Source: an uncultured Rubrivirga sp.
GTDB taxonomy: Bacteria > Actinomycetota > Actinomycetes > S36-B12
Reading direction: 5' to 3'
Assembly (NCBI GenBank): GCA_964595675.1
Contig: CAZQRR010000002.1
Coordinates: 8,246 to 72,245 of the forward strand
Length of the DNA: 64,000 bases
The notes beneath the pieces are model-generated. The model ran no database searches. It had not been told where the DNA came from and worked only from the letters and a program-made list of their open reading frames with translations. The position numbers were made by a program, and so were the translations under genes. Numbering within the stretch: position 1 is the first letter of the stretch; the number at the start of each line of letters is the position of its first letter. Positions 9,210 to 18,516 of the stretch are shown here, piece by piece.

Positions 9210-9997
9210 GACAAAATTCTATGGTCCGCACGGCTCAATCTGACGGTGCCTTGGGTCCTGTACGCCCGAACCACCTCGAGCATCGGTAGTTCCCGGAGCC
9301 CCTTCACGATGTGGGCATGGGGAGGAGACTCAGTCCAGGTCACATTTCCTATGTGCAGCGAGCCCGTGCAGGTCCATGCCGACATCGGATAATTGACCAG
9401 CCCGATCTTCGTCGGGTGGCTCACCTCCACGCCTTGCCCGTCAACGCGCGGAACGTGTTTCCAGCCAAACCACGCGTCCGCAACGAGTTCTTCACGTAGC
9501 TCCTCGAGTTCCGAGGGTGACATCTCCCCTTCGTCCGCGAGGTTCATGCGGATCAGGTCGCGACCCTGGTCGCTGGCGGCGACGCTGAAGTGACCGTCAG
9601 CCGCCTCGGGATCGTCAACGTCCGCGTACAACTTGGGGATGCCCAAAATTTCACGTCCCCGGATAACGGCCTCGATATTGTTTTCCCACAGTATGAGTGC
9701 GAATGATCCATGGACTGGGCCGTCCTCACCGTGGAAGGTCGCAGCTACGTTGACTCCAAAGAGTCGGTACTCACCACCCGCCAAGAAATTCACGCCACGG
9801 CAACGCTGCATGTAGGCAGACACCAAAGGCTCCGGACCGGGCACGAAGGGTTCAGGAAGCAATTGCCGAATCGCCTCATTCGTCGACCGGTAACTCACCG
9901 TCAAGGTTCTGACGTCGGAGAACTCCCCAGCCGCATGCGGAGGCTGTGGCCCAAATGAAACGGGCATCATGTACGTCACACCAGAGTCAAAGCGCAT
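9206..9997 (-). CDS. Acetoacetate decarboxylase (ADC)-family protein
   Basis: 263 aa with LLPEPF, an ...E.LGIPK lysine motif and an overall beta-cone-like pattern. Its 3' end overlaps the start of the downstream gntR gene by 4 nt. Confidence 0.55.
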   Translation of the reverse strand: MRFDSGVTYMMPVSFGPQPPHAAGEFSDVRTLTVSYRSTNEAIRQLLPEPFVPGPEPLVSAYMQRCRGVNFLAGGEYRLFGVNVAATFHGEDGPVHGSFALILWENNIEAVIRGREILGIPKLYADVDDPEAADGHFSVAASDQGRDLIRMNLADEGEMSPSELEELREELVADAWFGWKHVPRVDGQGVEVSHPTKIGLVNYPMSAWTCTGSLHIGNVTWTESPPHAHIVKGLRELPMLEVVRAYRTQGTVRLSRADHRILS

Positions 9998-10008
9998 CGT
10001 AATTGCCC

Positions 10009-10467
10009 CTAGTGAGACGTTTGGTCCACGAGTTCAATGGAATTGCCATCTGGATCGGAGAGGAAGACGACGGTGACAGAACCAGTCTCTAGTGGAAACG
10101 TGACGGGTTCGGCGTCAAACTTCACACCTTTCGCCTTCAGTGTCTCGTAGGCCTCCTGAAGATTCTCCACGCTTAGGGCGAAGTGGGTTGCCCCGACGAC
10201 TCCTGGCGCCACAGCTTCCGAATCCTTCGGAAGTTCGAAGAACTCCAACAAGTCGATCAGGATGCCCGGTGTCTCAGGGGCGACAAGCCTCGTCGACTGC
10301 CCGCGCGCATTCTCGATTGCATTCGCCTTCTTGACATCTTCGGCCGCGAGCTGGTGCTGCTCGACTTGCGTGAGCCCTAGCAACCCGCAATAAAAGTCAA
10401 GAGACCGCTGCGTGTCACTCACCGTGACGGCGATGTGATCCAAACCTTTTACCTTCATCATTTTCAC
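10009..10467 (-). CDS. VOC / glyoxalase-family protein
   Basis: 152 aa with GLDHIAVTVSDTQRSLDFY...ATHFALSV...DPDGNSIEL. Confidence 0.75.
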   Translation of the reverse strand: MKMMKVKGLDHIAVTVSDTQRSLDFYCGLLGLTQVEQHQLAAEDVKKANAIENARGQSTRLVAPETPGILIDLLEFFELPKDSEAVAPGVVGATHFALSVENLQEAYETLKAKGVKFDAEPVTFPLETGSVTVVFLSDPDGNSIELVDQTSH

Positions 10468-10472
10468 CTTTG

Positions 10473-11420
10473 CTAGTCGTTTCGTGCCGTGTCATGGGGA
10501 AGGCGAGGTGCGTGACCCAAGGCGGTCACGTCGTAGTCGCGGATCGGTAAGGCCGGATCGACGATCGGGGAAGTGTTGTACCCGGGAAGGATCATGTGGC
10601 CGGCATCAATGTTGATCTCGATCCCCGTGACGTGCTGGGACTCGTCCGACGCGAACCACATGGCCACATCGGCGACGTCAGCCGCAGACAAGGCGTTTCT
10701 CCCCTTGAGTGCAGTCCAGTTATGACCGGCCCGGATGTATTCCTCCCGCGAGACGTCTTCGCGCCCAAAGGTAGTCCGGTAGACGGCCGGGTTATCCGAC
10801 ATGGGCGTGGCGACGAGACCAGGGGCGACTGCGTTCACGCGAATTCCGTGGTCACCGAGTTCCAGCGCGAAGACTCGCATCAGTCCGAGGGCCCCGTGTT
10901 TCGCCGCAACGTATGCAGCAATGTTCCGAAGGGGCTCAACCGAATTCGTGGACGTCGTGATGATGATGCTTCCCTCTCCTCGGCGGATAAGGAATGGGGC
11001 GGTCGCCTTGACCGTCTTCCAGATTCCGGTCAGGTTGACGTCGAGCACTTCCTGCCAAACGTGCTCCGGCATTTCCAGCGTCGGCCCCCAACTCACGATT
11101 CCCGCGTTGGCGCACACGATGTCGATGCGCCCAAACTCGTCCCATACCTGCTGGGCGAAAGTCGAGAGTCCTTCTTGGTCACGTACATCGACGACTCCCG
11201 TCAAGCATCGTCGCCCTGATGACCTGATAAGCGCGGCCGTGGCCTGCAGGTCCGCCTCGGTTGCCGTCTCGTAGGCGAGATTCGGTGACCGGGCCGGCAC
11301 ATCGCAGATCGCGATGTCAGCTCCCTCGGAAGCGAACTTGGCCGCGATTGCGCGGCCTTGTCCACGTGCTCCTCCTGTGATGAAGCCGACTCTTCCATCC
11401 AAGCGCCCCACAGCGATCAC
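10473..11420 (-). CDS. Mycofactocin-coupled-type SDR oxidoreductase with a C-terminal extension
   Basis: ITGGARGQGRAIAAKFASEGADIAICDV plus the insert LAYETATEADL, YVAAKHG and IDAGHM. About 40 extra residues follow the usual C-terminus (315 aa in total). Confidence 0.7.
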   Translation of the reverse strand: MIAVGRLDGRVGFITGGARGQGRAIAAKFASEGADIAICDVPARSPNLAYETATEADLQATAALIRSSGRRCLTGVVDVRDQEGLSTFAQQVWDEFGRIDIVCANAGIVSWGPTLEMPEHVWQEVLDVNLTGIWKTVKATAPFLIRRGEGSIIITTSTNSVEPLRNIAAYVAAKHGALGLMRVFALELGDHGIRVNAVAPGLVATPMSDNPAVYRTTFGREDVSREEYIRAGHNWTALKGRNALSAADVADVAMWFASDESQHVTGIEINIDAGHMILPGYNTSPIVDPALPIRDYDVTALGHAPRLPHDTARND

Positions 11421-13609
11421 CCTCTCCGTCGAATTAACGACGAACTGTGCGTGTCTCGAATGGCTTGCTCGATGTCCCGATCCGACAAAAGAACGAAGTC
11501 TTCAAGGACCCTTGACACCGGCGTTGGGACATCCTTTCCAGTCACGAGTCGAACCGGAGTTCGCAGGTCAGTGAAATGCCACTCGTTGATCACCTGGGAA
11601 ATCCGTGGACCGAGGGCGTGGGATGCAGTCGCGTCTTCCACGATTGCCACAGCCCCCGTACGACGCACAGACTCACTCACCAATTCCCAGTCGATCCCCA
11701 GCGGATCGATTGTGCGCAGATCGATCACCTCGGCGTCGATTCCCTCAGTTGCCAATTGCTCGGCAATCGCATAAACGCGATGCACCGGATGCGACCAAGC
11801 AAGGACCGTCAGGTCACGACCCGGACGCACCACACGCGCCGTGCCGAGCGGAATGCGCGCATCCAGGTCGGGAATCGCCCCCTCCATCGTCCACAGCCGA
11901 TGGTGCTCGATTATCAGGACCGGGTCGATTCCGTTGATCGCCGAATTGAACAACCCTACGTAGTCCGCAGGCGTCGAGGGGGCGATGATCCGCCACCCAG
12001 GGAAGAGTGCGAAAAGCGCGGCAGGATCGCAACTGTGCTGCGGCCCGAATCCACGACCTTGTGCCGTACGAGTGCGCACCACGAGCGGTACGTCAACTTC
12101 CCCACCGAACATGTGCCGGGTCTTGGGCACGTGATTGAGCAATTGGTCGGCGGCTTCGAGGGCGAAGTCGGGGAACATCAACTCCACTACAGGCCGCATC
12201 CCCATCACCGCGGCCCCGAGAGCTAATCCACTGAAACCGTTCTCCGAGATGGGTGAGCTGAACACGCGGTCGGGAAAATTGCGGCATACGTGTCGCGTGG
12301 TGCCGTAGGCACCGCCGCGCAGATGTCCCACCTCCTCACCGATAACAAACACCTCCGGATCCCTCTGCATGGCTCGGTCATGAACCAGCGAAATCGCCTG
12401 CTGGTACGTCACGACGTCACCGGATGTTTCGGGTTCCTCTCCGCGCGCGCGGCTAGTGTTCGCCGAACGCACGCCGCGCAATGCATCAGCGGGATCCGGC
12501 CACGCATCTTCGCGGATCCGAGGCCCCCCGTCGCCGGACTCCACGACAACATCGATCGCAGCTGCCAGATCCGTCTCAACACGTGCACGGATCACATCAA
12601 TGGCGGCTTCGCCGAGAAGTCCGGAAGCGTGAAGAGCACCTGGGAAGTGGGTGATCGGATCACGGCCGCGCCACTCACTCTCCTCTTCTTTCGTGCGGTA
12701 GCGGTAGTCGCTGCCGGGCAGGCGCCCTGATTGGTGCAAGTAACGGTAGGTCTTCGCCTCGATCAGGACTGGGCCCTGTCCTGCAGCGGCGTGGGCACGC
12801 GCCTGCGCAACTCCCGCGCGCACCGCGAGCGGGTCCATACCGTCCACGATGACACCCGGCATGTCGTGCCCAGCTGCGCGAATGGCGATATCGGGAAATC
12901 CCGCGGTCTCGGCCACCGTGGTGGCTACGGAATAGAGGTTGTTCTCGACGACGAAGATCACCGGCAGCGACATCACGCGAGCCATCGCCATCGACTCATG
13001 AAGGGCCCCGATCGATGAGGCGCCGTCCCCGAAGAAGGCAAGCGCTACTCCCCCCGAACCGCGCTGGGCGAAGGTGAAGGCCGCACCCGTGCTCACGGGG
13101 ATACCTCCCCCGACGATCGCACTCGTGGCGAGCACACCCGCCTCGATGGAGCCAAGGTGCATGGAACCACCACGACCGCCAGCGAATCCGTACCGCAGGC
13201 CGAGGATCTCAGCCATGGTCTTCAAGATCGCCTGCCGGACCCCATCTGGAGTCGGTGCCTCGCCTGCAGGATCGAAATCACCGGCATCGTGCGCGGCACT
13301 GGCCACCACCCGAGCGAGCACATGGTGGTGCGCCCGGTGCGTGGAGGCGATCTGGTCCTGCCGCTGCAGGGCGGCGATGGCACCCACGGCTACCGCCTCC
13401 TGTCCGATGCTCGAATGGAGCGGCCCGTGCACCAACGTCTCGTTGTCCACCAACCATTGCTCGAAGGACCGGATCAGCAGCAACTGGTAGAGCATCGACG
13501 CTGCGTCGGCGGAGGTGACCCCGTCGAACGACGCCGTGGCTTCGACGAGATTGGGGTAGGACCGCCAGGGGAGGTTCTGATGGGCGGACAGGTCGACTGG
13601 CGTGCTCAT
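11417..13609 (-). CDS. Fused E1 alpha-beta thiamine-diphosphate-dependent dehydrogenase (2-oxoacid / acetoin dehydrogenase E1-like)
   Basis: 730 aa. The N-terminal half carries the TPP motif GDGASSIGALHESMAMARVMSLPVIFVVENNLYS. The C-terminal half is E1-beta-like (FPDRVFSSPISENGFSGLALGAAVMGMRPVVELMF). Confidence 0.8.
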   Translation of the reverse strand: MSTPVDLSAHQNLPWRSYPNLVEATASFDGVTSADAASMLYQLLLIRSFEQWLVDNETLVHGPLHSSIGQEAVAVGAIAALQRQDQIASTHRAHHHVLARVVASAAHDAGDFDPAGEAPTPDGVRQAILKTMAEILGLRYGFAGGRGGSMHLGSIEAGVLATSAIVGGGIPVSTGAAFTFAQRGSGGVALAFFGDGASSIGALHESMAMARVMSLPVIFVVENNLYSVATTVAETAGFPDIAIRAAGHDMPGVIVDGMDPLAVRAGVAQARAHAAAGQGPVLIEAKTYRYLHQSGRLPGSDYRYRTKEEESEWRGRDPITHFPGALHASGLLGEAAIDVIRARVETDLAAAIDVVVESGDGGPRIREDAWPDPADALRGVRSANTSRARGEEPETSGDVVTYQQAISLVHDRAMQRDPEVFVIGEEVGHLRGGAYGTTRHVCRNFPDRVFSSPISENGFSGLALGAAVMGMRPVVELMFPDFALEAADQLLNHVPKTRHMFGGEVDVPLVVRTRTAQGRGFGPQHSCDPAALFALFPGWRIIAPSTPADYVGLFNSAINGIDPVLIIEHHRLWTMEGAIPDLDARIPLGTARVVRPGRDLTVLAWSHPVHRVYAIAEQLATEGIDAEVIDLRTIDPLGIDWELVSESVRRTGAVAIVEDATASHALGPRISQVINEWHFTDLRTPVRLVTGKDVPTPVSRVLEDFVLLSDRDIEQAIRDTHSSSLIRRRG

Positions 13610-14370
13610 GCTGCTTCCTCAACACGGTCGGCGAACCATATTCGGTCGGCCACATTGCCCTGGATGTCCTCGATGACCATGGGGTCCAGACCCCACGTGT
13701 TGTCCTGCAGCAGACGCAGGTCCGCTGCGACCGCTGCCGCGTCACCCGTGACTGGGAAGTTCGATGCCCACATCACCCTGTCCGCACCGAACCCCGCCAC
13801 GATCGACCGCACCAGTGACTGCAGGGGTGCGTGCGGAGATGGGCACGTCATGCCTGCCCCGGACAGGGTGACGAGGACACGGGGGTCGGTCGCAAGCGTG
13901 AGGATCTCCTCTCCCCGAGTAATTACCTCGTCCGTCACCTGCGGGGAACCCAGGTGGGTGATCACGATCCGCCCGGGCCCGGGGGCGATGTCACCGAGGA
14001 CGTCGACAATTTCTGCCGTCCCGTCGGGGCAGTAGAGCACGAGATTCAGTCCTCGCTCGACTGCAGAAGATGCAATCCCAGGTGCGCTCACGAGCATCTC
14101 CGCGGTCAAGCGCAATCCGCGGAAGGTGGCCGCCTCCACGACCGCATCGAGGGCGGACTGTGCCGTGGAAGCCGTGGCGTCGATCATGGCAACACCGGCA
14201 AGGGTGTCCGGGCTACTCCGCACACAGGATTCGATGTACGAATTATCGAATTGCCCGAGGTGCTGCGCCAGGACAGCCTTCGAGATGCCGACGGTTCGCA
14301 TCATTGCCTGGACATCGGGCAGCGGCTGGAACTTGTCCACGCCGCAGTGTGTGTAGGCGTCGATGATCAT
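13606..14370 (-). CDS. Amidohydrolase-2 family protein
   Basis: 254 aa: MIIDAYTHCG...ITHLG...ASNFPV. It has 4-nt overlaps with both neighbours. Confidence 0.65.
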   Translation of the reverse strand: MIIDAYTHCGVDKFQPLPDVQAMMRTVGISKAVLAQHLGQFDNSYIESCVRSSPDTLAGVAMIDATASTAQSALDAVVEAATFRGLRLTAEMLVSAPGIASSAVERGLNLVLYCPDGTAEIVDVLGDIAPGPGRIVITHLGSPQVTDEVITRGEEILTLATDPRVLVTLSGAGMTCPSPHAPLQSLVRSIVAGFGADRVMWASNFPVTGDAAAVAADLRLLQDNTWGLDPMVIEDIQGNVADRIWFADRVEEAA

Positions 14371-15314
14371 CGATTCCCTGCTTCCTCGATTTGTGTCAGT
14401 GCCCGCATGACGGACAGCACGTCGCGGGCCTCGAAATCGGTGGGCTCCCCACTGCGCAGTCCCTTCAGGATCTGGGTGTTCTGGAACGTGAGATCGCGGA
14501 TGCTCGCACCCTCGACGATGAGTTCTCCCCCGGTTCCAAGGAGGGTGCCGGTGTCGAAGAGGTAATCACCCTGGGAGCCGCAGAAGCGCATTTGCCACGA
14601 CAGCGCCGATGCGTTGTAGGTCAGCGAATGACTGGCGATGCACCATGCATACTCACCCATGCCGAAGGACATGGTCATATCCATGGTCATGCCGAAATCC
14701 GGGTGGTCGATTCCTCTCAAGAGCGACGGGAATGCGATGTCTTGATTCCCGGTAACCCACAGGGTGGCATCGACGAGATGGCACGCGTGATGCCACAGTA
14801 GGTCGTCGACCCAAGTCCGCATTCCGGCGAAGCCCTCGTTGTTCCGCCGAGGGATGGCGAAGAAGCCCGTCACCTGCGAGATCACCTCGGACCCGGACGC
14901 GACGAGGTCGCGCATGTGGCGGATGCCGGCAAAGGAGCGCATTGTGTGGCAGGCAAATATCCGGCGGCCACGCTCCTCCGCGACCTGCACTATGTGCCGA
15001 GAATCGACTTCATTCACGGCGATCGGGATCTCCAGGATGACGTCCTTATCCGCTTCGAGTGCCCGGATCGCCTGGGCGGCATGGAATGAATTCGGTGAAC
15101 AAATGAGTGCCACATCCACCGCGGAATCGGACAGTGCGTCGTCAATGTCGACTCCAGCTCGCCGGATTCCCCACTTCTGAGCGAAAGCCAATGTGCGATC
15201 GGGGTCGCGTCCTACCGCCCACATCGGTTGGACACCGCCAAGTTCAGCGAATGTCGCAAGGTGCGCATCCGCGATCGCCCCCGGTCCGATGACCGCGATT
15301 CCCACACCAGTCAC
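14367..15314 (-). CDS. Gfo/Idh/MocA-family oxidoreductase
   Basis: N-terminal Rossmann segment GIAVIGPGAIADAHL and the EKD-like motif VILEIPIA. 315 aa. Confidence 0.7.
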   Translation of the reverse strand: MTGVGIAVIGPGAIADAHLATFAELGGVQPMWAVGRDPDRTLAFAQKWGIRRAGVDIDDALSDSAVDVALICSPNSFHAAQAIRALEADKDVILEIPIAVNEVDSRHIVQVAEERGRRIFACHTMRSFAGIRHMRDLVASGSEVISQVTGFFAIPRRNNEGFAGMRTWVDDLLWHHACHLVDATLWVTGNQDIAFPSLLRGIDHPDFGMTMDMTMSFGMGEYAWCIASHSLTYNASALSWQMRFCGSQGDYLFDTGTLLGTGGELIVEGASIRDLTFQNTQILKGLRSGEPTDFEARDVLSVMRALTQIEEAGNR

Positions 15315-15550
15315 GGCGCCTCAAAGACAGCGATGACTTGACCGACCGCAATCTGGTCATCAGGCTGCGCATCGAGGCGCACGACATGACCGGAGCACGG
15401 TGCAGGGATCTCAACGAGTGCCTTGTCCGCTTCGATCAAGGCCATCGGAGCGCCCTCCGGCACATGATCTCCTACGGACACCAGCCACTCGCTCAGGTAG
15501 AGTTCGGCGGGGTCGCCATTCATGGGCGGAACTGCGATGTCGATGCCCAT
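15311..15550 (-). CDS. Stand-alone lipoyl-attachment domain protein (79 aa)
   Basis: Runs from ATG 15550 to a stop at 15311. MGIDIAVPP...GAPMALIEADKALVEIPAPCSGHVV is the E2 lipoyl-domain pattern with the lysine in a DKA context. The upstream part of the 230-aa ORF overlaps the SDR gene in another frame and is rejected. Confidence 0.7.
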   Translation of the reverse strand: MGIDIAVPPMNGDPAELYLSEWLVSVGDHVPEGAPMALIEADKALVEIPAPCSGHVVRLDAQPDDQIAVGQVIAVFEAP

Positions 15551-15552
15551 GA

Positions 15553-16341
15553 TCACTGACCCGCTTCCGGCAGGCTCATCCCCGTCATCGCACCACCGTC
15601 GATGAAGAACTCCGATCCCGTCGAGTAGGTAGCGTCGAGGACCAGATAGCGGATGAGGCGTCCCGCCTCCGGCGGGTCGCCGATGCGTTGGACGGGCTGG
15701 GACTTGACCAATTCGGTCAACTCGCCGTGGAACGGTGCGGTCATCGGGGTCGCAAACGGACCGGGCACGACCACATGGACTCGGATCCCGTGCGGAGCGA
15801 GATCGATCGCAGCCGCCTTGGTGAGCCCGCGGATCGCCCACTTGCTCGCGACGTAGGCGGCCTGGTCCCCGTATCCGATGATGCCGCAGGTGGAGGAAAT
15901 GTTGATGATCACGCCACCGTGGCCCGCTGCGATCATCGCCGGGGCGACGGTGTTTATCCCCAGGAACGGACCGTTGAGATTGATGTCCTGGACTCGGCGC
16001 CAATTCTGGTAATCGTCCAACACCGTGCCAAAAGAGTGAACGCCCGCGTTGTTGATCAACACGTATGGCGCACCATGCTCAGCAACGACGTTGTCGACGA
16101 GTGCTCGCCACTGGACCTGATCCGTCACGTCCAGCCGCGCGAAACTCGCCCGGGACCCTAGATCACGAGCCAGGGTCCGCCCGTCGTCCTCGAGCACGTC
16201 GGCGACGACCACGTGCGCTCCCTCGTCGGCCAACGTTCGGACATACGCCTCACCCAGCCCCCGTGCCCCTCCCGTGACAATGGCTGTCTTGCCCTCAAGT
16301 GCCAACACGTCGATCCTCTCTGTCTCCCATCGCGCCCTCAT
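15553..16341 (-). CDS. Classical SDR oxidoreductase
   Basis: LEGKTAIVTGGARGLGEAY, NNAG, YVASKWA, PGPFATPM. Trimmed to ATG 16341 (262 aa). The exact start is uncertain. Confidence 0.75.
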   Translation of the reverse strand: MRARWETERIDVLALEGKTAIVTGGARGLGEAYVRTLADEGAHVVVADVLEDDGRTLARDLGSRASFARLDVTDQVQWRALVDNVVAEHGAPYVLINNAGVHSFGTVLDDYQNWRRVQDINLNGPFLGINTVAPAMIAAGHGGVIINISSTCGIIGYGDQAAYVASKWAIRGLTKAAAIDLAPHGIRVHVVVPGPFATPMTAPFHGELTELVKSQPVQRIGDPPEAGRLIRYLVLDATYSTGSEFFIDGGAMTGMSLPEAGQ

Positions 16342-16409
16342 CCAACGTGTCAAGAAGTGCAAAGTGCAGGATGCAAGTGTTGTACACCCGTTGGCAAGTG
16401 TCAATCGAT

Positions 16410-17471
16410 TTATGATTTTCGATTGTCGACAATTATGCCTCCCTCCGAATCGATGGCTCGGATACATGCGCAACGATGATCCTGCCCAGTGACCGCCCTA
16501 AGTGGCGGCACCCTTTCAGAGCACTCCCCAACCGCTAGCCAGCACCGGGTTCTGAAGCGACAGCCACTCGGTGGATTCGCCGGGCTCGGCACGTCACCGC
16601 TAAGGACTATCCGCTCGCGGACTCCCCGGTCGCCAGGCGACTTGACCGGTGCAGCCGAAAGCAGGGCTTGGGAATACGGATGCAAGGGCTGCCTGAAGAT
16701 CTGGCTCGACCGCCCGTCCTCTACGACGCTGCCCAGGTACATGACGGCTAACTTCTCGGAGATCTCTTCAACGACGGAAAGATCATGGGAAATGAAGATC
16801 ATCGACAGGTCGTGCTCGTGCTGCAGATCACGAAGCAGGTTGATTATCTGCGCTTGTACCGACACGTCTAGAGCCGAGACAGGCTCATCAAGGATGAGTA
16901 CCTGAGGCCTAGATGCGAGTGCGCGAGCTATGCACACCCTTTGCCGCTGACCTCCAGAGAATTCGCGCGGGTAGCGATTCGCATCGGAGGCCCGCAGACC
17001 GACCTTCTCTAGCAACACCCCGACCTCCCCGTCCACAGACTTCCGCGAGGTTGTAAGTCGATGCACTCGCAGGGGTTCGCCGACCTGCTCCCCGACGGTC
17101 CGGCGCGGGGTCAGTGCAGCGTACGGATCCTGGAAGACCAGTTGAATTCGAGGGCGTACGGCTCTAAACCGCCTCAGCGACATGCTCAACACGTCCATTC
17201 CATCGAGCAGAATCTCACCTGACGATGGCTCCTCGAGGCGGACCAGGCAACGAGCGAGAGTCGACTTGCCGCATCCGGACTCACCCACAATTCCGAGAGT
17301 GGAGCCCCTAGCCAGATCGAAGGAGACGTCGTCCAGGGCACGAATGAGTCCGCGAGCCGACTTTCCGTCCCCTCCGTACCTGCTCGCAAAGACTTTCGAA
17401 ATACCGCGAACCGAAAGAGCGATATCCGACTCGCTGGCTTGATGGTCCGGTGCTCGAAGATCGTCAGACAT
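16410..17471 (-). CDS. ABC transporter ATP-binding protein (Opp/Dpp F-type)
   Basis: Walker A GESGCGKST, signature FSGGQRQR, Walker B LILDEPVSALD and the C-terminal oligopeptide-type extension. Confidence 0.85.
   Translation of the reverse strand: MSDDLRAPDHQASESDIALSVRGISKVFASRYGGDGKSARGLIRALDDVSFDLARGSTLGIVGESGCGKSTLARCLVRLEEPSSGEILLDGMDVLSMSLRRFRAVRPRIQLVFQDPYAALTPRRTVGEQVGEPLRVHRLTTSRKSVDGEVGVLLEKVGLRASDANRYPREFSGGQRQRVCIARALASRPQVLILDEPVSALDVSVQAQIINLLRDLQHEHDLSMIFISHDLSVVEEISEKLAVMYLGSVVEDGRSSQIFRQPLHPYSQALLSAAPVKSPGDRGVRERIVLSGDVPSPANPPSGCRFRTRCWLAVGECSERVPPLRAVTGQDHRCACIRAIDSEGGIIVDNRKS
16422..16433. promoter_or_regulatory. Perfect palindrome ATTGTCGACAAT (operator-like) between the ABC ATPase and enzyme genes
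   Basis: A 12-bp perfect palindrome lying in the last codons of the ATPase ORF, about 80 nt upstream of the SDR start. It is identical to the core of the 23575-23590 palindrome. Confidence 0.5.
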
Positions 17472-18516
17472 GCGGTTGTTCCACCTCAGCTGAGTACATA
17501 CAAGCTGCCCAGTGGTTAGAGCCGACCTGCATCAATGTGGGGGTTATTTCGCAGCAGTCGATGTGAGCAATTGAGCACCGCTCGGCGAATGCACATCCAC
17601 GGGAAACCTCCTGGGCGGAAATCGACCGCCCTGGTAGCTGGAAGAGGCGACCTTCTTCCGTCTTTGAACGTCCACCGGGAATTGACCGCATAAGCCCGAG
17701 CGTGTACGGGTGTCGCGGATTTGCGAATACGTCCGCAACCGGCCCCCTTTCAACCACAGCTCCTGCGTACATAACGACCACGGAGTCCGCCAACTCCGCG
17801 ACAACCCCCAAGTCATGCGTGATCAAGACAACGCTCATACGTCTCTCGTCACGAAGACGCTGAATCAGTCTCAGGATCTGTGCCTGTACCGTCACATCTA
17901 GCGCAGTGGTTGGTTCGTCGGCGATCAACAGAACCGGATTGGCGGCAATAGCCATAGCAATGGCTACTCTTTGGCACATTCCCCCTGAAAACTGATGGGG
18001 ATAGTGACGAACCCGAAGTGCCGCATCGGGAATTCCGACGAGATCCAACAATTCAACACTGCGCCGGCGCGCTTCGCGCCAAGAAAGCCCGTCCCGAACC
18101 ACCAGAGTCTCACTGATCTGATACCCCGTTGTGAAGACTGGATCAAGAGAAGCTTGAGCGTCCTGTTGGATATAGCCCACTAGGTTCGCGGCCGACGATG
18201 CTCGGCCAGCGGAAGTTCCAGCGTTCGGTTCGACGATCTCAATGCATTCGGCACTCACAGTGGTGACGCTCGGATCGAGTAGTCCTAGGATTGCAGAGAA
18301 CACCGAAGTCTTACCCGATCCGGATTCGCCTACAACGGCGAGTATCTCCCCCGGCCCCACGTCCAAATCGATTCCTCGCACCGCAGAGACACTCCCGCTC
18401 TCTGTTTCGAAGGACACATGCAGCCCGCGCACCCGCAGGACGGAGTCAGCAGAGTCAAATGCAGCCTCAGGACTCATGTTGATCACCATTTGGGTCCCCT
18501 GCTGCGTTTCGGGCAT
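17464..18516 (-). CDS. ABC transporter ATP-binding protein (Opp/Dpp D-type)
   Basis: Walker [29 protein letters not shown]. The start is uncertain (18477-18516) and the ORF overlaps the permease 3' end. Confidence 0.85.
   Translation of the reverse strand: MPETQQGTQMVINMSPEAAFDSADSVLRVRGLHVSFETESGSVSAVRGIDLDVGPGEILAVVGESGSGKTSVFSAILGLLDPSVTTVSAECIEIVEPNAGTSAGRASSAANLVGYIQQDAQASLDPVFTTGYQISETLVVRDGLSWREARRRSVELLDLVGIPDAALRVRHYPHQFSGGMCQRVAIAMAIAANPVLLIADEPTTALDVTVQAQILRLIQRLRDERRMSVVLITHDLGVVAELADSVVVMYAGAVVERGPVADVFANPRHPYTLGLMRSIPGGRSKTEEGRLFQLPGRSISAQEVSRGCAFAERCSIAHIDCCEITPTLMQVGSNHWAACMYSAEVEQPHV

Noticed and set aside
15551-16003. N-terminal 151 aa of the 230-aa ORF that contains the lipoyl domain
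   Set aside because: This part overlaps the SDR gene (15553-16341) in another frame and is Arg/Pro/Asp-rich with no fold signature. ATG 15550, immediately after the SDR stop, gives a clean 79-aa lipoyl domain.
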